Shown here: positions 45,424-55,301 of the stretch, in pieces
Layout: every line of letters begins with the position of its first letter
How positions within the stretch are numbered: position 1 is the first letter of the stretch
Assembly (NCBI GenBank): GCA_015063955.1
Contig: SVTD01000002.1
Span: 8,236-72,235 of the forward strand
Source: Oscillospiraceae bacterium
GTDB lineage: Bacteria > Bacillota > Clostridia > Oscillospirales > CAG-272
Length of the DNA: 64,000 bases
Direction: 5' to 3'
The notes under the pieces: generated by a model
Told to the model about the DNA's origin: nothing
The model's database searches: none
Seen by the model: only the letters and a program-made list of their open reading frames with translations
Made by a program: the position numbers and the translations under genes

Positions 45424-46029
45424 ATGATCGATAACACCGCAATCTTTAAGCTCAGTTACGGACTTTTCGTGCTGTTTGCAAGAAATAACGATAAGGATAA
45501 TGCCTGCATCATAAATACTGCTCAGCAGGTAACCTCAAATCCTCTCAGAATTTCCGTTACCGTTAATAAGGATAACCTGACCCACGCACTTATATACAGA
45601 ACAAAAAAGCTGAACGTTTCAGTCCTTTCCGAAAGCGTTCCCTTTGACGTTATAAAGCAGTTTGGCTTTGTCAGCGGTTTTCAGGAGGAAAAGGTACCTG
45701 CGGGAAAGTATAAGAGAAGCGAGAACGGGCTTTGCTATCTTTCCGAGTATTCCAATGCATACATTTCTGCCGACGTTATCGATACGGTGGACCTCGGTAC
45801 CCATACCATGTTTATTTGCGACGTGACGGAGGCTGTAAAGCTTTCCGATGAAAGCAGCGTCACCTACGACTATTACTTCAAGCACATCAAGCCAAAGCCT
45901 GAGAGTGCAAAGAAGAAGGGCTACGTATGTAAGATATGCGGATACGTCTACGAGGGAGACGAGCTCCCCGAGGACTATATCTGCCCCATATGCAAGCACC
46001 CCGCATCAGATTTCGAGCCTCTTGAATGA
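45424..46029 (+). CDS. Flavin reductase-like domain fused to a C-terminal rubredoxin
   Basis: 201 aa. The N-terminal domain is FMN-binding split-barrel type. The C-terminus has [10 protein letters not shown] ... CPICKHP (rubredoxin CxxC x2). Confidence 0.8.
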   Translation: MIDNTAIFKLSYGLFVLFARNNDKDNACIINTAQQVTSNPLRISVTVNKDNLTHALIYRTKKLNVSVLSESVPFDVIKQFGFVSGFQEEKVPAGKYKRSENGLCYLSEYSNAYISADVIDTVDLGTHTMFICDVTEAVKLSDESSVTYDYYFKHIKPKPESAKKKGYVCKICGYVYEGDELPEDYICPICKHPASDFEPLE

Positions 46030-46032
46030 CAG

Positions 46033-46062
46033 AAAAGCAGCTGCGATCGCAGCTGCTTTTTT
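46033..46062. terminator. Bidirectional terminator
   Basis: The palindromic stem aaaagcagctgcga/tcgcagctgctttttt lies between convergent genes. Confidence 0.85.
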
Positions 46063-46085
46063 ATAGTCGTGACGGAGTGTGTGCT

Positions 46086-46658
46086 TTATGATCGTTGCCT
46101 CATATATTCTGAGCGAAGGATCGAGCAGACTCCAACGTCGATCTGGCGACCTTTTACGAGCATGAATCTGCGAAGAATTCCCTCAAAGGTCATGCCGCAC
46201 TTTTCCATAACGCGGCGGGAGGCTGTGTTTTCGGGCATATAATGGGCTTCTATCCTTTCGAGCCCCAGTACGTCAAAGCCGTATTCCAGAACTCGGTTTA
46301 CGGCCTCGGTGGCAAAGCCCCTATTCTGATAGTGAGGGGAAATAACGTACCCGATCTCGGCTCTGAGATGCTCCTCGTCAATGGATGTAAAGCCGCAGGT
46401 GCCTATCATTTTTTCACCGCAGACCACTGCCCAGTCAAAAAACTTTCCCGCGCGGTACTGGCTCTGAACGTAGGAAAGATATTTCATCGTATAGTTGCTG
46501 TCAGGGTGTGGCTCCCACGTCAGATACCTCGTAAGACTTCTGTCCTTGGAATATTCGTACATATCAAGCCAGTCGTATCGTTCAAGCTTCCTTAGAACGA
46601 GCCGCTCCGTATAAAGAACGGGAGGGGCGCGGAATATCTGTTTTAAGCTGTTGTTCAT
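46086..46658 (-). CDS. GNAT-family N-acetyltransferase (RimJ/RimL-like)
   Basis: 190 aa with LVLRKLERYD ... IGYVISPHYQNRGFATEA, a typical acetyl-CoA binding motif. Confidence 0.8.
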   Translation of the reverse strand: MNNSLKQIFRAPPVLYTERLVLRKLERYDWLDMYEYSKDRSLTRYLTWEPHPDSNYTMKYLSYVQSQYRAGKFFDWAVVCGEKMIGTCGFTSIDEEHLRAEIGYVISPHYQNRGFATEAVNRVLEYGFDVLGLERIEAHYMPENTASRRVMEKCGMTFEGILRRFMLVKGRQIDVGVCSILRSEYMRQRS

Positions 46659-46798
46659 AAAGTACCTCTCTTTATATAAGATAGTATACTATTTATAATT
46701 TATTTTTGCAATACTCTGAAAAAATTTGCCGTATGTGTTGATGTGTTCATAAAAAAGTGGTAAAATAGTGAGGATAAATATAAAAAGCAGGTGGATAT

Positions 46799-47611
46799 AT
46801 GAGAAAAACTCTTGCCGTTCTCGGTGCAGGCAATATGGGGCTTGCAATAACTGACGGAATAATACGATCAGGAGTTGTTTCACCCTCGGAAATTACTCTT
46901 GTCCGCAGAAATACGGATAAGCTTTCAGCTTATATAAAAAAGGGACTGAGGGTATCATCCGATCTCTTCGAGGCGGCAAAAGGGGCAGACACGGTTCTCC
47001 TTTGCGTAAAGCCTCAGATGATGCAGGAGCTTTTCTCGGTGATAGCACCCGTATGCGAGGGAAAGCTCGTTATATCCATTGCCGCAGGAATAACCTTAAA
47101 AACAGTTAAGGATGCCTTGCCCGGAGCCTTCGTCGTACGTGCAATGCCCAATACTCCTCTCACAGTAGGGGAGGGAGTAACGGAGCTGTGCCGGGCAGAC
47201 GACGTTTGCGACAGCGATTACCTTTTTGCAAAGAGCCTTTTTGAGGGCTCGGGCATCACCTTTGATTGCCGCGAGGAGGAGATCAATGCCCTGACATCGC
47301 TCACCTCAAGTGCCGTTGCATATTTTGCCGCAGTTGAGGACGCAATGTGCAGCTGGGCAGAAAAGAACGGACTTTCCGGCTATGACAGACAGATGATATG
47401 CGATCTCGTATCAAAGACAGCTCTTGGGTCTGCAAAGCTTCTTTATGAAAAGAAAATAGAGCCTAAGGAGCTTATCAGATCTGTTGCATCTCCGAAGGGA
47501 ACTACGGAGCAGGCGCTTCGTGTCTTTGAGGAAAGGGATCTTTCGGGCGTATTTGACAGCGCAATGACTGCGTGTCTTAACAGAGCAATTGAGCTTTCAA
47601 ATATAAAGTGA
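46799..47611 (+). CDS. proC: Pyrroline-5-carboxylate reductase
   Basis: 270 aa with LGAGNMG, VRAMPNTP and SPKGTTEQAL. Confidence 0.9.
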   Translation: MRKTLAVLGAGNMGLAITDGIIRSGVVSPSEITLVRRNTDKLSAYIKKGLRVSSDLFEAAKGADTVLLCVKPQMMQELFSVIAPVCEGKLVISIAAGITLKTVKDALPGAFVVRAMPNTPLTVGEGVTELCRADDVCDSDYLFAKSLFEGSGITFDCREEEINALTSLTSSAVAYFAAVEDAMCSWAEKNGLSGYDRQMICDLVSKTALGSAKLLYEKKIEPKELIRSVASPKGTTEQALRVFEERDLSGVFDSAMTACLNRAIELSNIK

Positions 47612-47617
47612 TAAGTT

Positions 47618-48166
47618 ATGCTCTCCGTGCATAGAGTATATAAAAAACGGAGAGTAATGATGACTGATATTAAGATATATTCGAGAGAAAGCATAAGGTT
47701 TCGCAGCGTTTTTGCAGCCTGCATTTTCTTTGCCGTGACCCTTTCGGTATTTGCAGGTCTCAGCCTTGAGACCTATGAAAACTGCATCATCCTTCCAAGA
47801 TCCCCCTTTCGTGAGGGCGACTTTTTCGGAGGGGTCATAAGGATCTGCTTTTGGGATTTTGCCGCATTCTGGATACTTAGCCTTCCTCTGACAAAGACGT
47901 TGACGGTCACGGTATCGTCACTGGTGTTCTTTTTCAGAGGAATGGTCATCGGAAACGGCTGTCGGGTGTTTTTCGAAAACTCCGTAACGGCAGCTGCGGC
48001 AGTTATACTTCTTTCCTATATTGCAGTAACGCTTTTTCTCGTGATATACGATGCATTCCTGAATACAAACGGCGAGCGAGGAAGGCTTTGCAGACTCCTT
48101 TCGTGTCTTATTGCAACGGGAGCCTGCTGTCTTGTAAGGATATTACCGATGCTGCTTATTAAATAA
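47618..48166 (+). CDS. Hypothetical membrane protein
   Basis: The ORF is hydrophobic with about 4-5 helices. The start is uncertain (47618 or 47657). No family recognised. Confidence 0.4.
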   Translation: MLSVHRVYKKRRVMMTDIKIYSRESIRFRSVFAACIFFAVTLSVFAGLSLETYENCIILPRSPFREGDFFGGVIRICFWDFAAFWILSLPLTKTLTVTVSSLVFFFRGMVIGNGCRVFFENSVTAAAAVILLSYIAVTLFLVIYDAFLNTNGERGRLCRLLSCLIATGACCLVRILPMLLIK

Positions 48167-48197
48167 TACAGAATATAAAATAAAGGAACGGTCAAAA

Positions 48198-49223
48198 ATG
48201 GCAAATAAATACCAGAATATGAACGACTATAACGAGGAGTCGGAAAAGAAAAAAAAGAAAAGGATGACCCTTAACCCCTTTGAAAATATGTTCAATAAGG
48301 ACGGAAAGGGCGTAGAAAAGGACGAGATCAAGGTCATTGATAACCCCACCCTCGGCAATTTCTTCAAGCTTTTCAGAAGAAAGCTCAATCATATATTCTC
48401 CGTCAATATTTTGTTGATACTGGGAAACTTCCCGATCTTTTTTGCACTTCTTGCATACGCTTATACGATGACGGAGATAATTGCCCCCTCGTCTCAGATA
48501 TATCCTCTTATCAGAGGCGTATCCTATTTCGATAACTCTCCCACGGTCATGACCCTTCTCGGAATTTTCGGAAAACAGGATTCTCTGGCAATACCTACCA
48601 CCTTGTCCTACGTGCTGTTCGGTATGACGCTTCTCGTTATCGTAACCTTTGGACTTGTCAACGTCGGAACGACATACATAAACAGAAATCTCCTGCGCGG
48701 TGAGCCCGTGTTTATAATGAGCGACTTCTGGTATGCCATCAAGCGCAACTGGAAGCAGGGACTTATCTTCGGTATTATTGACGTTCTTCTTATCGTTATC
48801 CTCGTTTACGATATTATCTATTACAGAGCGTGCCTCGCTGCCGGCGGAATATTCCTTACGATGTACGTCGTTGGATACGGTCTTGCCATCGTTTACAGCT
48901 TCATGCGTACATACGTATATCTTATGATAGTTACGTTTGATATGAAGCTTATTAAGATAATGAAAAACGGCCTGTATTTTGCAATACTCGGTATCAAGAG
49001 AAACGCAATGGCCCTTCTCGGAACCATTATCGTTGTGGTTCTCAATTATCTGATACTGAAGGCATTCCTCCCCATAGGACTTATCCTTCCGTTCATTATT
49101 CTTTTCGGTCTTATCCAGTTTATGTTCATTTATGCGGCGTTCCCCAAGATCAAGCAGATCATGATCGATCCCTACTACAGAGAGATCGAAAAGCAGAACA
49201 CCGAAGAAACAGCAGAAGAATAA
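48198..49223 (+). CDS. Polytopic membrane protein, YesL/DUF624-like
   Basis: 341 aa. After a charged N-terminus the segment LGNFFKLFRRKLNHIFSVNILLILGNFPIFF resembles the DUF624 signature. An RBS lies upstream and a terminator on the plus strand. The mirror ORF on the minus strand is rejected. Confidence 0.6.
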   Translation: MANKYQNMNDYNEESEKKKKKRMTLNPFENMFNKDGKGVEKDEIKVIDNPTLGNFFKLFRRKLNHIFSVNILLILGNFPIFFALLAYAYTMTEIIAPSSQIYPLIRGVSYFDNSPTVMTLLGIFGKQDSLAIPTTLSYVLFGMTLLVIVTFGLVNVGTTYINRNLLRGEPVFIMSDFWYAIKRNWKQGLIFGIIDVLLIVILVYDIIYYRACLAAGGIFLTMYVVGYGLAIVYSFMRTYVYLMIVTFDMKLIKIMKNGLYFAILGIKRNAMALLGTIIVVVLNYLILKAFLPIGLILPFIILFGLIQFMFIYAAFPKIKQIMIDPYYREIEKQNTEETAEE

Positions 49224-49224
49224 C

Positions 49225-49254
49225 AAAAAGGTCTGTCGCGAGACAGACCTTTTT
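49225..49254. terminator. Bidirectional terminator
   Basis: aaaaaggtctgtc-gcga-gacagaccttttt. Confidence 0.85.
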
Positions 49255-49257
49255 GAA

Positions 49258-50118
49258 TTATACAGTTTCGCAGATAAACGCTCTGGCGCCGAATTTCCTG
49301 ATGGCGCTTGCCGCCGCGTTTGCCGAGGCTGTGTTTTTGAAAAAGCCGAAAACTGCGGGGCCGCTTCCGCTCATCATCGCAAGATCGGCACCGTGTTCAA
49401 GAAGAATATCCTTCTGAGCCTTTGCGGTGGAGTGAACGGGAAGAATAACCTCTTCAAATATATTGTAAGCGCCGGAGAAAAGAGCTCCGATGCTGTTTTC
49501 CTTTATGGCGTTGACGGTGCTGTCAAAATCGGCGTGGCGGCAATTTACCCCTTCACCGTAAAGCTCGTCGATCATTCCGTATGCCCGCGGCGTGGAAACT
49601 CCCTCACCGCCTCTTGTAATAAGAACGGTCATACCCTTTAGAGGGGGCAGGGGAGTCATGACCTCACCGAGACCCTCGCAGATAGCACAGCCTCCGAGAA
49701 TACAGAAGGGAACGTCAGCTCCAAGCCCTCCGCCGACTCTCAGAAGCTCCTCCTCGCTGAGAGGATAACCGCAAAGCTCGTTGAGAGCCTTAAGCGTTGC
49801 CGCCGCATCGGTGCTTCCGCCGGCAAGACCGCTTGCTACGGGAATATGCTTTTCTATATGGATAGAAGCTCCTCCCTCAATATTTGCCGCTTCGAAAAAG
49901 GCTTTTGCAGCCTTGTAGGCAATGTTCTTCTCATCCGTGGGCACGTGAGGGAAGTTTGATGAAAGGGTTATATCCTTGTCTGTAAGCTCAACTGTAACGG
50001 TGTCTGAAAGAGAGACTGTATGCATTATGCTTTCAATATCGTGATACCCGTTTTCGCGTCTTTTGACAACGTCAAGATAAAGATTGATCTTTGCAGGTGC
50101 CTGTACGGTCAGTTTCAT
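49258..50118 (-). CDS. ispE: 4-(cytidine 5'-diphospho)-2-C-methyl-D-erythritol kinase
   Basis: 286 aa with APAKINLYLDV ... the GHMP kinase motif PVASGLAGGSTDAAA. Confidence 0.9.
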   Translation of the reverse strand: MKLTVQAPAKINLYLDVVKRRENGYHDIESIMHTVSLSDTVTVELTDKDITLSSNFPHVPTDEKNIAYKAAKAFFEAANIEGGASIHIEKHIPVASGLAGGSTDAAATLKALNELCGYPLSEEELLRVGGGLGADVPFCILGGCAICEGLGEVMTPLPPLKGMTVLITRGGEGVSTPRAYGMIDELYGEGVNCRHADFDSTVNAIKENSIGALFSGAYNIFEEVILPVHSTAKAQKDILLEHGADLAMMSGSGPAVFGFFKNTASANAAASAIRKFGARAFICETV

Positions 50119-50130
50119 AGTAAACTTCCT

Positions 50131-51282
50131 TTAATGAATGATTTTAATAAGAATATTCTGCTTGATCTTTACCGAATTTATGGGGCAAAGCTCCTGACAG
50201 CAGTAGCATTTGATGCATTTTTTATAGTCGATGACTGCTTTATTGTTTTTTACGGTTATGGTATGCTGAGGGCAGGATCTTGCGCAAACACCGCAGCCTA
50301 TGCAGGTCCTTTTGTTGATCGCAGGCTTCGGCTCAAAGAGCTTTGCAAATTTTCCGCCGAAGATGTTGGGAAGCTCTCTGAGAACGTTGAATTTCTGCGT
50401 ATCGGGAAGAATAACGTCTGTGGTGGCAGATTCGCTGACGCTGGCGCCGATTATAGTAAACTCCCTTACGCTCTCGGGGCAGAGACCTCGCTTTTTTGCA
50501 CAGTCAAGCATAGGAACGGTCCCCTCAAAGCCGAGAAGAGCTTCAGCACAAAGGTCAAGACAGAATGGAGACCGTGAGGTAAGAAGAACGCCGTAATTCT
50601 TTGGGGTTCCTCCCGTGGGGCCGTTGCCCTCCATTCCGATAATACCGTCGCAGACGGTGATCATTTCCTTTTGCGTGCAAAGCATCTCGCAGAGATCGCA
50701 GATCATCTGAACGAAATCCTCCTGACGGGGAAAACGGGCGTGCATTTCAAATTTTTCAACGCCGGGTACGGTGCCGAACAGATTCTTAACTCCGCAGCTC
50801 AGCTTTGTGAGAGAATGGGTCTTGAGCTTTGCGATATTAACGATAACGTCAGCCTCAATAATGGGGTCTATAATATTGAAGGTCTTGCACTTTACTCCGT
50901 TTTTGTGATGCATCGTGCCAAAGCCGTTATTTGTGTTCAGATCGATGCCTTCCTCTTTTGCCATATCAGCAATTCCGCAGCCCTTGTAGTGAGCCTTGAT
51001 AAGTGCCTCCGTATAGGGACCTCCGGAGCTTTCCGCAACGGTTACGGATGCGGCGCCCATTCGCTTCAGTATCCTTGCGACGGCGGCAATAACTGCAGGA
51101 TGGGTGGTAGCCGCAAATTCCGGTGGCTTGTTCATAACGAGATTTGGCTTGATTACGATATTTTTTCCCTTTATAAGAGAACCGTCGATCTGTGCCGCCG
51201 AAAACTGCTTTTCAAGCAAGGCATAGATCTCGTCTTTATCATAGCTTGTACATCTGTCAAGGGCAACCGGTCTGTTTGTCAT
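50131..51282 (-). CDS. DUF362-domain protein with a C-terminal 2x[4Fe-4S] ferredoxin domain
   Basis: It has CIGCGVCARSCP and CIKCYCCQELCP at the C-terminus and a DUF362-like body. The start is set at MTNRPV (GGAGG RBS). Confidence 0.7.
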   Translation of the reverse strand: MTNRPVALDRCTSYDKDEIYALLEKQFSAAQIDGSLIKGKNIVIKPNLVMNKPPEFAATTHPAVIAAVARILKRMGAASVTVAESSGGPYTEALIKAHYKGCGIADMAKEEGIDLNTNNGFGTMHHKNGVKCKTFNIIDPIIEADVIVNIAKLKTHSLTKLSCGVKNLFGTVPGVEKFEMHARFPRQEDFVQMICDLCEMLCTQKEMITVCDGIIGMEGNGPTGGTPKNYGVLLTSRSPFCLDLCAEALLGFEGTVPMLDCAKKRGLCPESVREFTIIGASVSESATTDVILPDTQKFNVLRELPNIFGGKFAKLFEPKPAINKRTCIGCGVCARSCPQHTITVKNNKAVIDYKKCIKCYCCQELCPINSVKIKQNILIKIIH

Positions 51283-51451
51283 TTTTGCCTCCAGGTAGTC
51301 TTTTCCTATAAATTCTACCATAATAACGAAAGGAATGCAAGGATAAAGTAACAATATACGTTGTAGTAAGAGCCGTTCATAAAATGTTACTTGACTTTAT
51401 TCGGTAAAAATAATATAATCAATTAAGCTTTGAGGTGAAAGGGGTATTTTT

Positions 51452-52333
51452 ATGAAAAATATGCTTTTTATTATTAACTCCGTATCCGGAAAGATTGCTC
51501 TTGAGGATACGTTGATGAGCGTAATAGAAATTTTTTCAAATGCTGATTATGATATACACATCCATCTCACCCGCGGAGAAGGAGATATCGAAAATCTTAT
51601 AAAGGAAACGAAGGGTAAATACGATCTGATCGTATGCTGCGGCGGCGACGGTACTCTTAATATCGTTGCAGGTACGGTTTTCCAGGAGGGTATCGACGTT
51701 CGTATCGGCTATATCCCCGGAGGAACTACCAACGATTTTGCGGCATCCCACCGCATCGATACGGTAACCACCGTTGCGGCAACACAGATAGCAGAGGGTA
51801 TCGACCGTGAGGTTGACCTGGGAATCCTTAACGGAAAGCCCTTTATATACGTTGCGGCATTCGGTATGTTTTCCGACGTTTCCTATCAGACTGACAGAGA
51901 AATGAAAAAGGCTATGGGCCACGCGGCATACGTATTTGAGGGAATCAAATCCTTTGCCAAGGCAAAGGCGTATCCCCTTACCGTTGAATACGACGGAAAG
52001 ACCATCGAGGGCGATTTCATCTACGGAATGGTAAGTAACTCGAGAAGGATCGGCGGCTTCGAGCTTCCCATTCTCAAGAATATCCTTTACGATGACGGCG
52101 AGATGGAGGTGACCCTTATCCGTAAGCCCAAAACGGCGTCGGAAACGCAGAAGCTTATCAACAGCTTCCTTAATTCTACTGCAGATGATGAAACCGTATA
52201 TATGTTCAAAACCTCTGCCTTGAAGATCAAGTCCGAGATAGAGATCCCTTGGTCACTTGACGGCGAATACGGCGGATCCTTTGCAGAGTCCGACATCAAG
52301 GTAGAATGCGCCGCAATCAAAATGAGATTCTGA
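51452..52333 (+). CDS. Diacylglycerol/lipid kinase family protein (YegS/DagK-like)
   Basis: 293 aa with CGGDGTLN and IPGGTTNDFA. Confidence 0.85.
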   Translation: MKNMLFIINSVSGKIALEDTLMSVIEIFSNADYDIHIHLTRGEGDIENLIKETKGKYDLIVCCGGDGTLNIVAGTVFQEGIDVRIGYIPGGTTNDFAASHRIDTVTTVAATQIAEGIDREVDLGILNGKPFIYVAAFGMFSDVSYQTDREMKKAMGHAAYVFEGIKSFAKAKAYPLTVEYDGKTIEGDFIYGMVSNSRRIGGFELPILKNILYDDGEMEVTLIRKPKTASETQKLINSFLNSTADDETVYMFKTSALKIKSEIEIPWSLDGEYGGSFAESDIKVECAAIKMRF

Positions 52334-52369
52334 AAAAGACTGTTGCGCCGGCCTTTGATTTATTATTTG

Positions 52370-52403
52370 AAAAATCCCCTATGCTTTTGCATAGGGGATT
52401 TTT
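52370..52403. terminator. Bidirectional terminator
   Basis: aaaaatcccctatgc-tttt-gcataggggattttt. Confidence 0.85.
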
Positions 52404-52404
52404 A

Positions 52405-53970
52405 CTATTCTGCTTTTGCCGTGCGTACGGCCTCGAAATCCTCCTCTATCTCCTTTGAGGGAGCCTTTGTGAGGAGAGATACGCAAATGATGAGAATTGA
52501 AGAGAAGATAAACGCGGGGAGAAGCTCATAGATGGCGAATACACCGCCCAGCTTTGAAATAAGCAGCTTCCAGATAAATACCATTGCCGCGCCGCCAACC
52601 ATTCCGGCGATGGCGCCGGGCTTGTTCGTTCTTTTCCAGAAAAGGGAGAAGAGCATAATGGGGCCGAAGGTAGCGCCAAAGCCTGCCCAGGCAAAGGAAA
52701 CTATGCTGAATATGATGCTCTTTTCATCAAGGGCAAGAAGTATTCCCACAAGGGCAAGAACGAGAAGAGTAATTCTTGTAACGGTCATTACCTGCTTATC
52801 GGTTGCATCCTTCTTGACGATTCCGTGAAAGATGTTCTTTGCAAAAGCACTTGCGGCAATGAGAAGATATGAGTCAGAGGAGCTGATGGTAGCCGCGAGG
52901 ATACCCGCCATAACAAAGCCTGCAAGAATGGGAGGCAGGGAGCTTCTTGAAAGGGTGATGAAAATGTTTTCCGCTGCGGATTTTGTAAGGTGCTCAACAG
53001 GGAATAGCTGTCGGCCCACGATTCCGATAAATACTGCAACTCCAAGGGAGATAACTACCCAGATCATTGCAATACGGCGGGAGCGGGCAAGCTCCTTTTC
53101 CTTGCGGATCGCCATAAAGCGAAGGAGCACCTGGGGCATACCGAAGTAGCCGAGACCCCATGCAAGCATTGAGAAGATTGTAAGAAGTCCGTAGGGGGCA
53201 GCCTCTCCGAATACGGGCTTGCCTGCTTCAACTATCTGTGTTCCCGTCTCATCGAGGGCGGGAGATGCAAGACCGAAGAATTCCAGGAATCCGGGGATAT
53301 TGTTCGCATTTTCAATAACAGCACCGATACCGCCTGCATTGACGGTGCTTATGATAACGATAACGGTGAGAGCAACTATCATAACGATAGCCTGCATAAA
53401 ATCGGATGCGCTTTCGGCAAGGAATCCGCCGAGTATCGTATAAAGAAGAACGAAGGCGGCGCCGATAAGCATCATTACCTTGTAATCAAGACCGAAGAGA
53501 GTGGAGAAGAGCTTACCGCAGGTTACGAAGCAGCTTGCCGCGTATACAGTAAAGAAAATGAGAATGAAAACTGCACAAAGGAGCATTATCGTTTTCTTTT
53601 TCTCTCTGAATCGGTTTGAGAAAAATTCCGGAAGGGTAATTGAATTGTTTGCACGGATACTGTAGCGGCGAAGTCTCTTTGAAACTATGAGCCAGTTAAG
53701 ATAAGTACCGATTGCAAGACCGATGGCAGTCCAGGCAGCATCTGCAAGACCGCACCAATAAGCAACGCCGGGAAGGCCCATAAGGAGCCAGCCGCTCATA
53801 TCGGAAGCCTCCGCGCTCATTGCTGTGACCCAGGGGCCGAGAGAGCGTCCGCCGAGGAAATACTCCTCAGAGCTTTTGTTTGCACGTTTAGCGTAAAGAA
53901 CACCGATCAGAATGACAGCGGTCATATATATGACCATTGCCAGAAGGATCTGTATAGTCTTTCCATCCAT
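52405..53970 (-). CDS. putP: Sodium:proline symporter (SSS family)
   Basis: About 521 aa with EEYFLGGRSLGPWVTAMSAEASDMSGWLLMGLPG, typical of PutP. The start is set at MDGKTIQ (AGGAGG RBS). Confidence 0.85.
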   Translation of the reverse strand: MDGKTIQILLAMVIYMTAVILIGVLYAKRANKSSEEYFLGGRSLGPWVTAMSAEASDMSGWLLMGLPGVAYWCGLADAAWTAIGLAIGTYLNWLIVSKRLRRYSIRANNSITLPEFFSNRFREKKKTIMLLCAVFILIFFTVYAASCFVTCGKLFSTLFGLDYKVMMLIGAAFVLLYTILGGFLAESASDFMQAIVMIVALTVIVIISTVNAGGIGAVIENANNIPGFLEFFGLASPALDETGTQIVEAGKPVFGEAAPYGLLTIFSMLAWGLGYFGMPQVLLRFMAIRKEKELARSRRIAMIWVVISLGVAVFIGIVGRQLFPVEHLTKSAAENIFITLSRSSLPPILAGFVMAGILAATISSSDSYLLIAASAFAKNIFHGIVKKDATDKQVMTVTRITLLVLALVGILLALDEKSIIFSIVSFAWAGFGATFGPIMLFSLFWKRTNKPGAIAGMVGGAAMVFIWKLLISKLGGVFAIYELLPAFIFSSILIICVSLLTKAPSKEIEEDFEAVRTAKAE

Positions 53971-54081
53971 ATTTAGTCCTCCTTGTATTATGTATGGAAT
54001 AAATTGCAAAAGCATAGTGATATATTAGCAGATATTAAACAAAAATGCAATAACATATTCACATTTTATGCAAAAATAAAT

Positions 54082-54109
54082 AAAAAAGCACGCAAAGCGT
54101 GCTTTTTTT
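54082..54109 (-). terminator. Terminator downstream of panE
   Basis: aaaaaagcacgc-aaa-gcgtgctttttt. Confidence 0.8.
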
Positions 54110-54118
54110 GAATTATTA

Positions 54119-55135
54119 TCAAAGGAGTTCATCAAAGAAGCGGATGTTTGAGGTCTGAGCCTCAAGCTCTCCAGCCTGTATTTTTTTGATGATCGCAACT
54201 ATTCTGTCATTGATCGGTGTGGGTACGTTATATTTTCTGCCGAATCTGCAAACGATTCCGTTGATGGCGTCGACCTCGCAGGGCTTTGAGTTTTTAAGAT
54301 CCTGGAGCATTGAGGGCTCGATATCGCGGTGCTTCTTCATTGCAATGGGGAGAAGGGCGGTGGCAAAGGCCTTTTTGATTGCCGTCTTGTAATAGAAGAG
54401 GCTTACGATGTTCTTTCCCTGAACGGGAGCGAACACGGCACCTGCGGCGTGACCTACGTCAATGCATTCCTTCATACAGCGAATAGCCACCCTTCTTGCA
54501 TCCCGGCTCTCGGAAACGTCTCCGAAAAGACCGCCTACGACCGTACCGAGACCTGAGAAGGTGGCGTTTATAAGAAGCTTTGACCAGCGCGCACCGATAA
54601 GGTTCTTTTCCTCGTGAACGGGGCACATAAGCTCAAGCAGATCCTTAACTTTTTGAAACTGCGCTTCGGAAATGCCCTTCATTCTTCCCATGTGGAAGGA
54701 GAGGCTGTCGGGCTCGCTTGTAAGAGAGCAAACACCGGGAGCAGTAAGGGTAGCACCCCATTCAACAACGCATCCCATAGTATGCTCGGGGCCTACTATC
54801 TCAGCAATTCCGGGCTCCGGGAGACCGTTCTGGAGAGTAACGATAACGCCGTCCTCAGAAAGATAGTCGCTGAGCATGGTGACGACCTCTCGGTTCTGAA
54901 GCTGCTTTGTGAGAAGGAGGATTACCTCATATTTCCCCTCCATCTGATCGGGAGTGATCGCACGGACGGGAACCGTCATATCAACGGTGCCGGTAATACG
55001 GGCGCCCTTTTCATTAAGCGCTGCCACGTGATCGCGGTTGCGGTTGATAAGGTCTATCTCTCCGCCGTTTTTAGTAATGTAAGCGCCGAGGATCGTACCG
55101 AGGGATCCTGCGCCGTATATCGCATATCTTGCCAT
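54119..55135 (-). CDS. panE: 2-dehydropantoate 2-reductase family protein (ApbA/PanE)
   Basis: 338 aa with N-terminus YAIYGAGSLGTILGAYI and the ketopantoate reductase family layout. Confidence 0.7.
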   Translation of the reverse strand: MARYAIYGAGSLGTILGAYITKNGGEIDLINRNRDHVAALNEKGARITGTVDMTVPVRAITPDQMEGKYEVILLLTKQLQNREVVTMLSDYLSEDGVIVTLQNGLPEPGIAEIVGPEHTMGCVVEWGATLTAPGVCSLTSEPDSLSFHMGRMKGISEAQFQKVKDLLELMCPVHEEKNLIGARWSKLLINATFSGLGTVVGGLFGDVSESRDARRVAIRCMKECIDVGHAAGAVFAPVQGKNIVSLFYYKTAIKKAFATALLPIAMKKHRDIEPSMLQDLKNSKPCEVDAINGIVCRFGRKYNVPTPINDRIVAIIKKIQAGELEAQTSNIRFFDELL

Positions 55136-55301
55136 TATTTACCTCAATCTGTACATTTTTAATATCATTCGTTTTTTTTACTCTTTGATTATACCATATT
55201 ATCCACCGTTTGTAAATACGGCAAAATGTACGAAGAATTCGCGCAAAGTTCTTGAAGGCAAGGGGCGAAGGTGGTATAATTAAGCATATTTGGAGGTGCT
55301 T

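Noticed and set aside
48192-49226. A 344-aa minus-strand ORF mirroring almost exactly the 341-aa plus-strand ORF 48198..49223
   Set aside because: This is the same codon-aligned antisense artefact (both series congruent to 0 mod 3). The plus strand has an RBS, a plus-strand terminator and a coherent polytopic membrane/DUF624-like sequence. The minus-strand product is a charged, low-complexity sequence with no signals.
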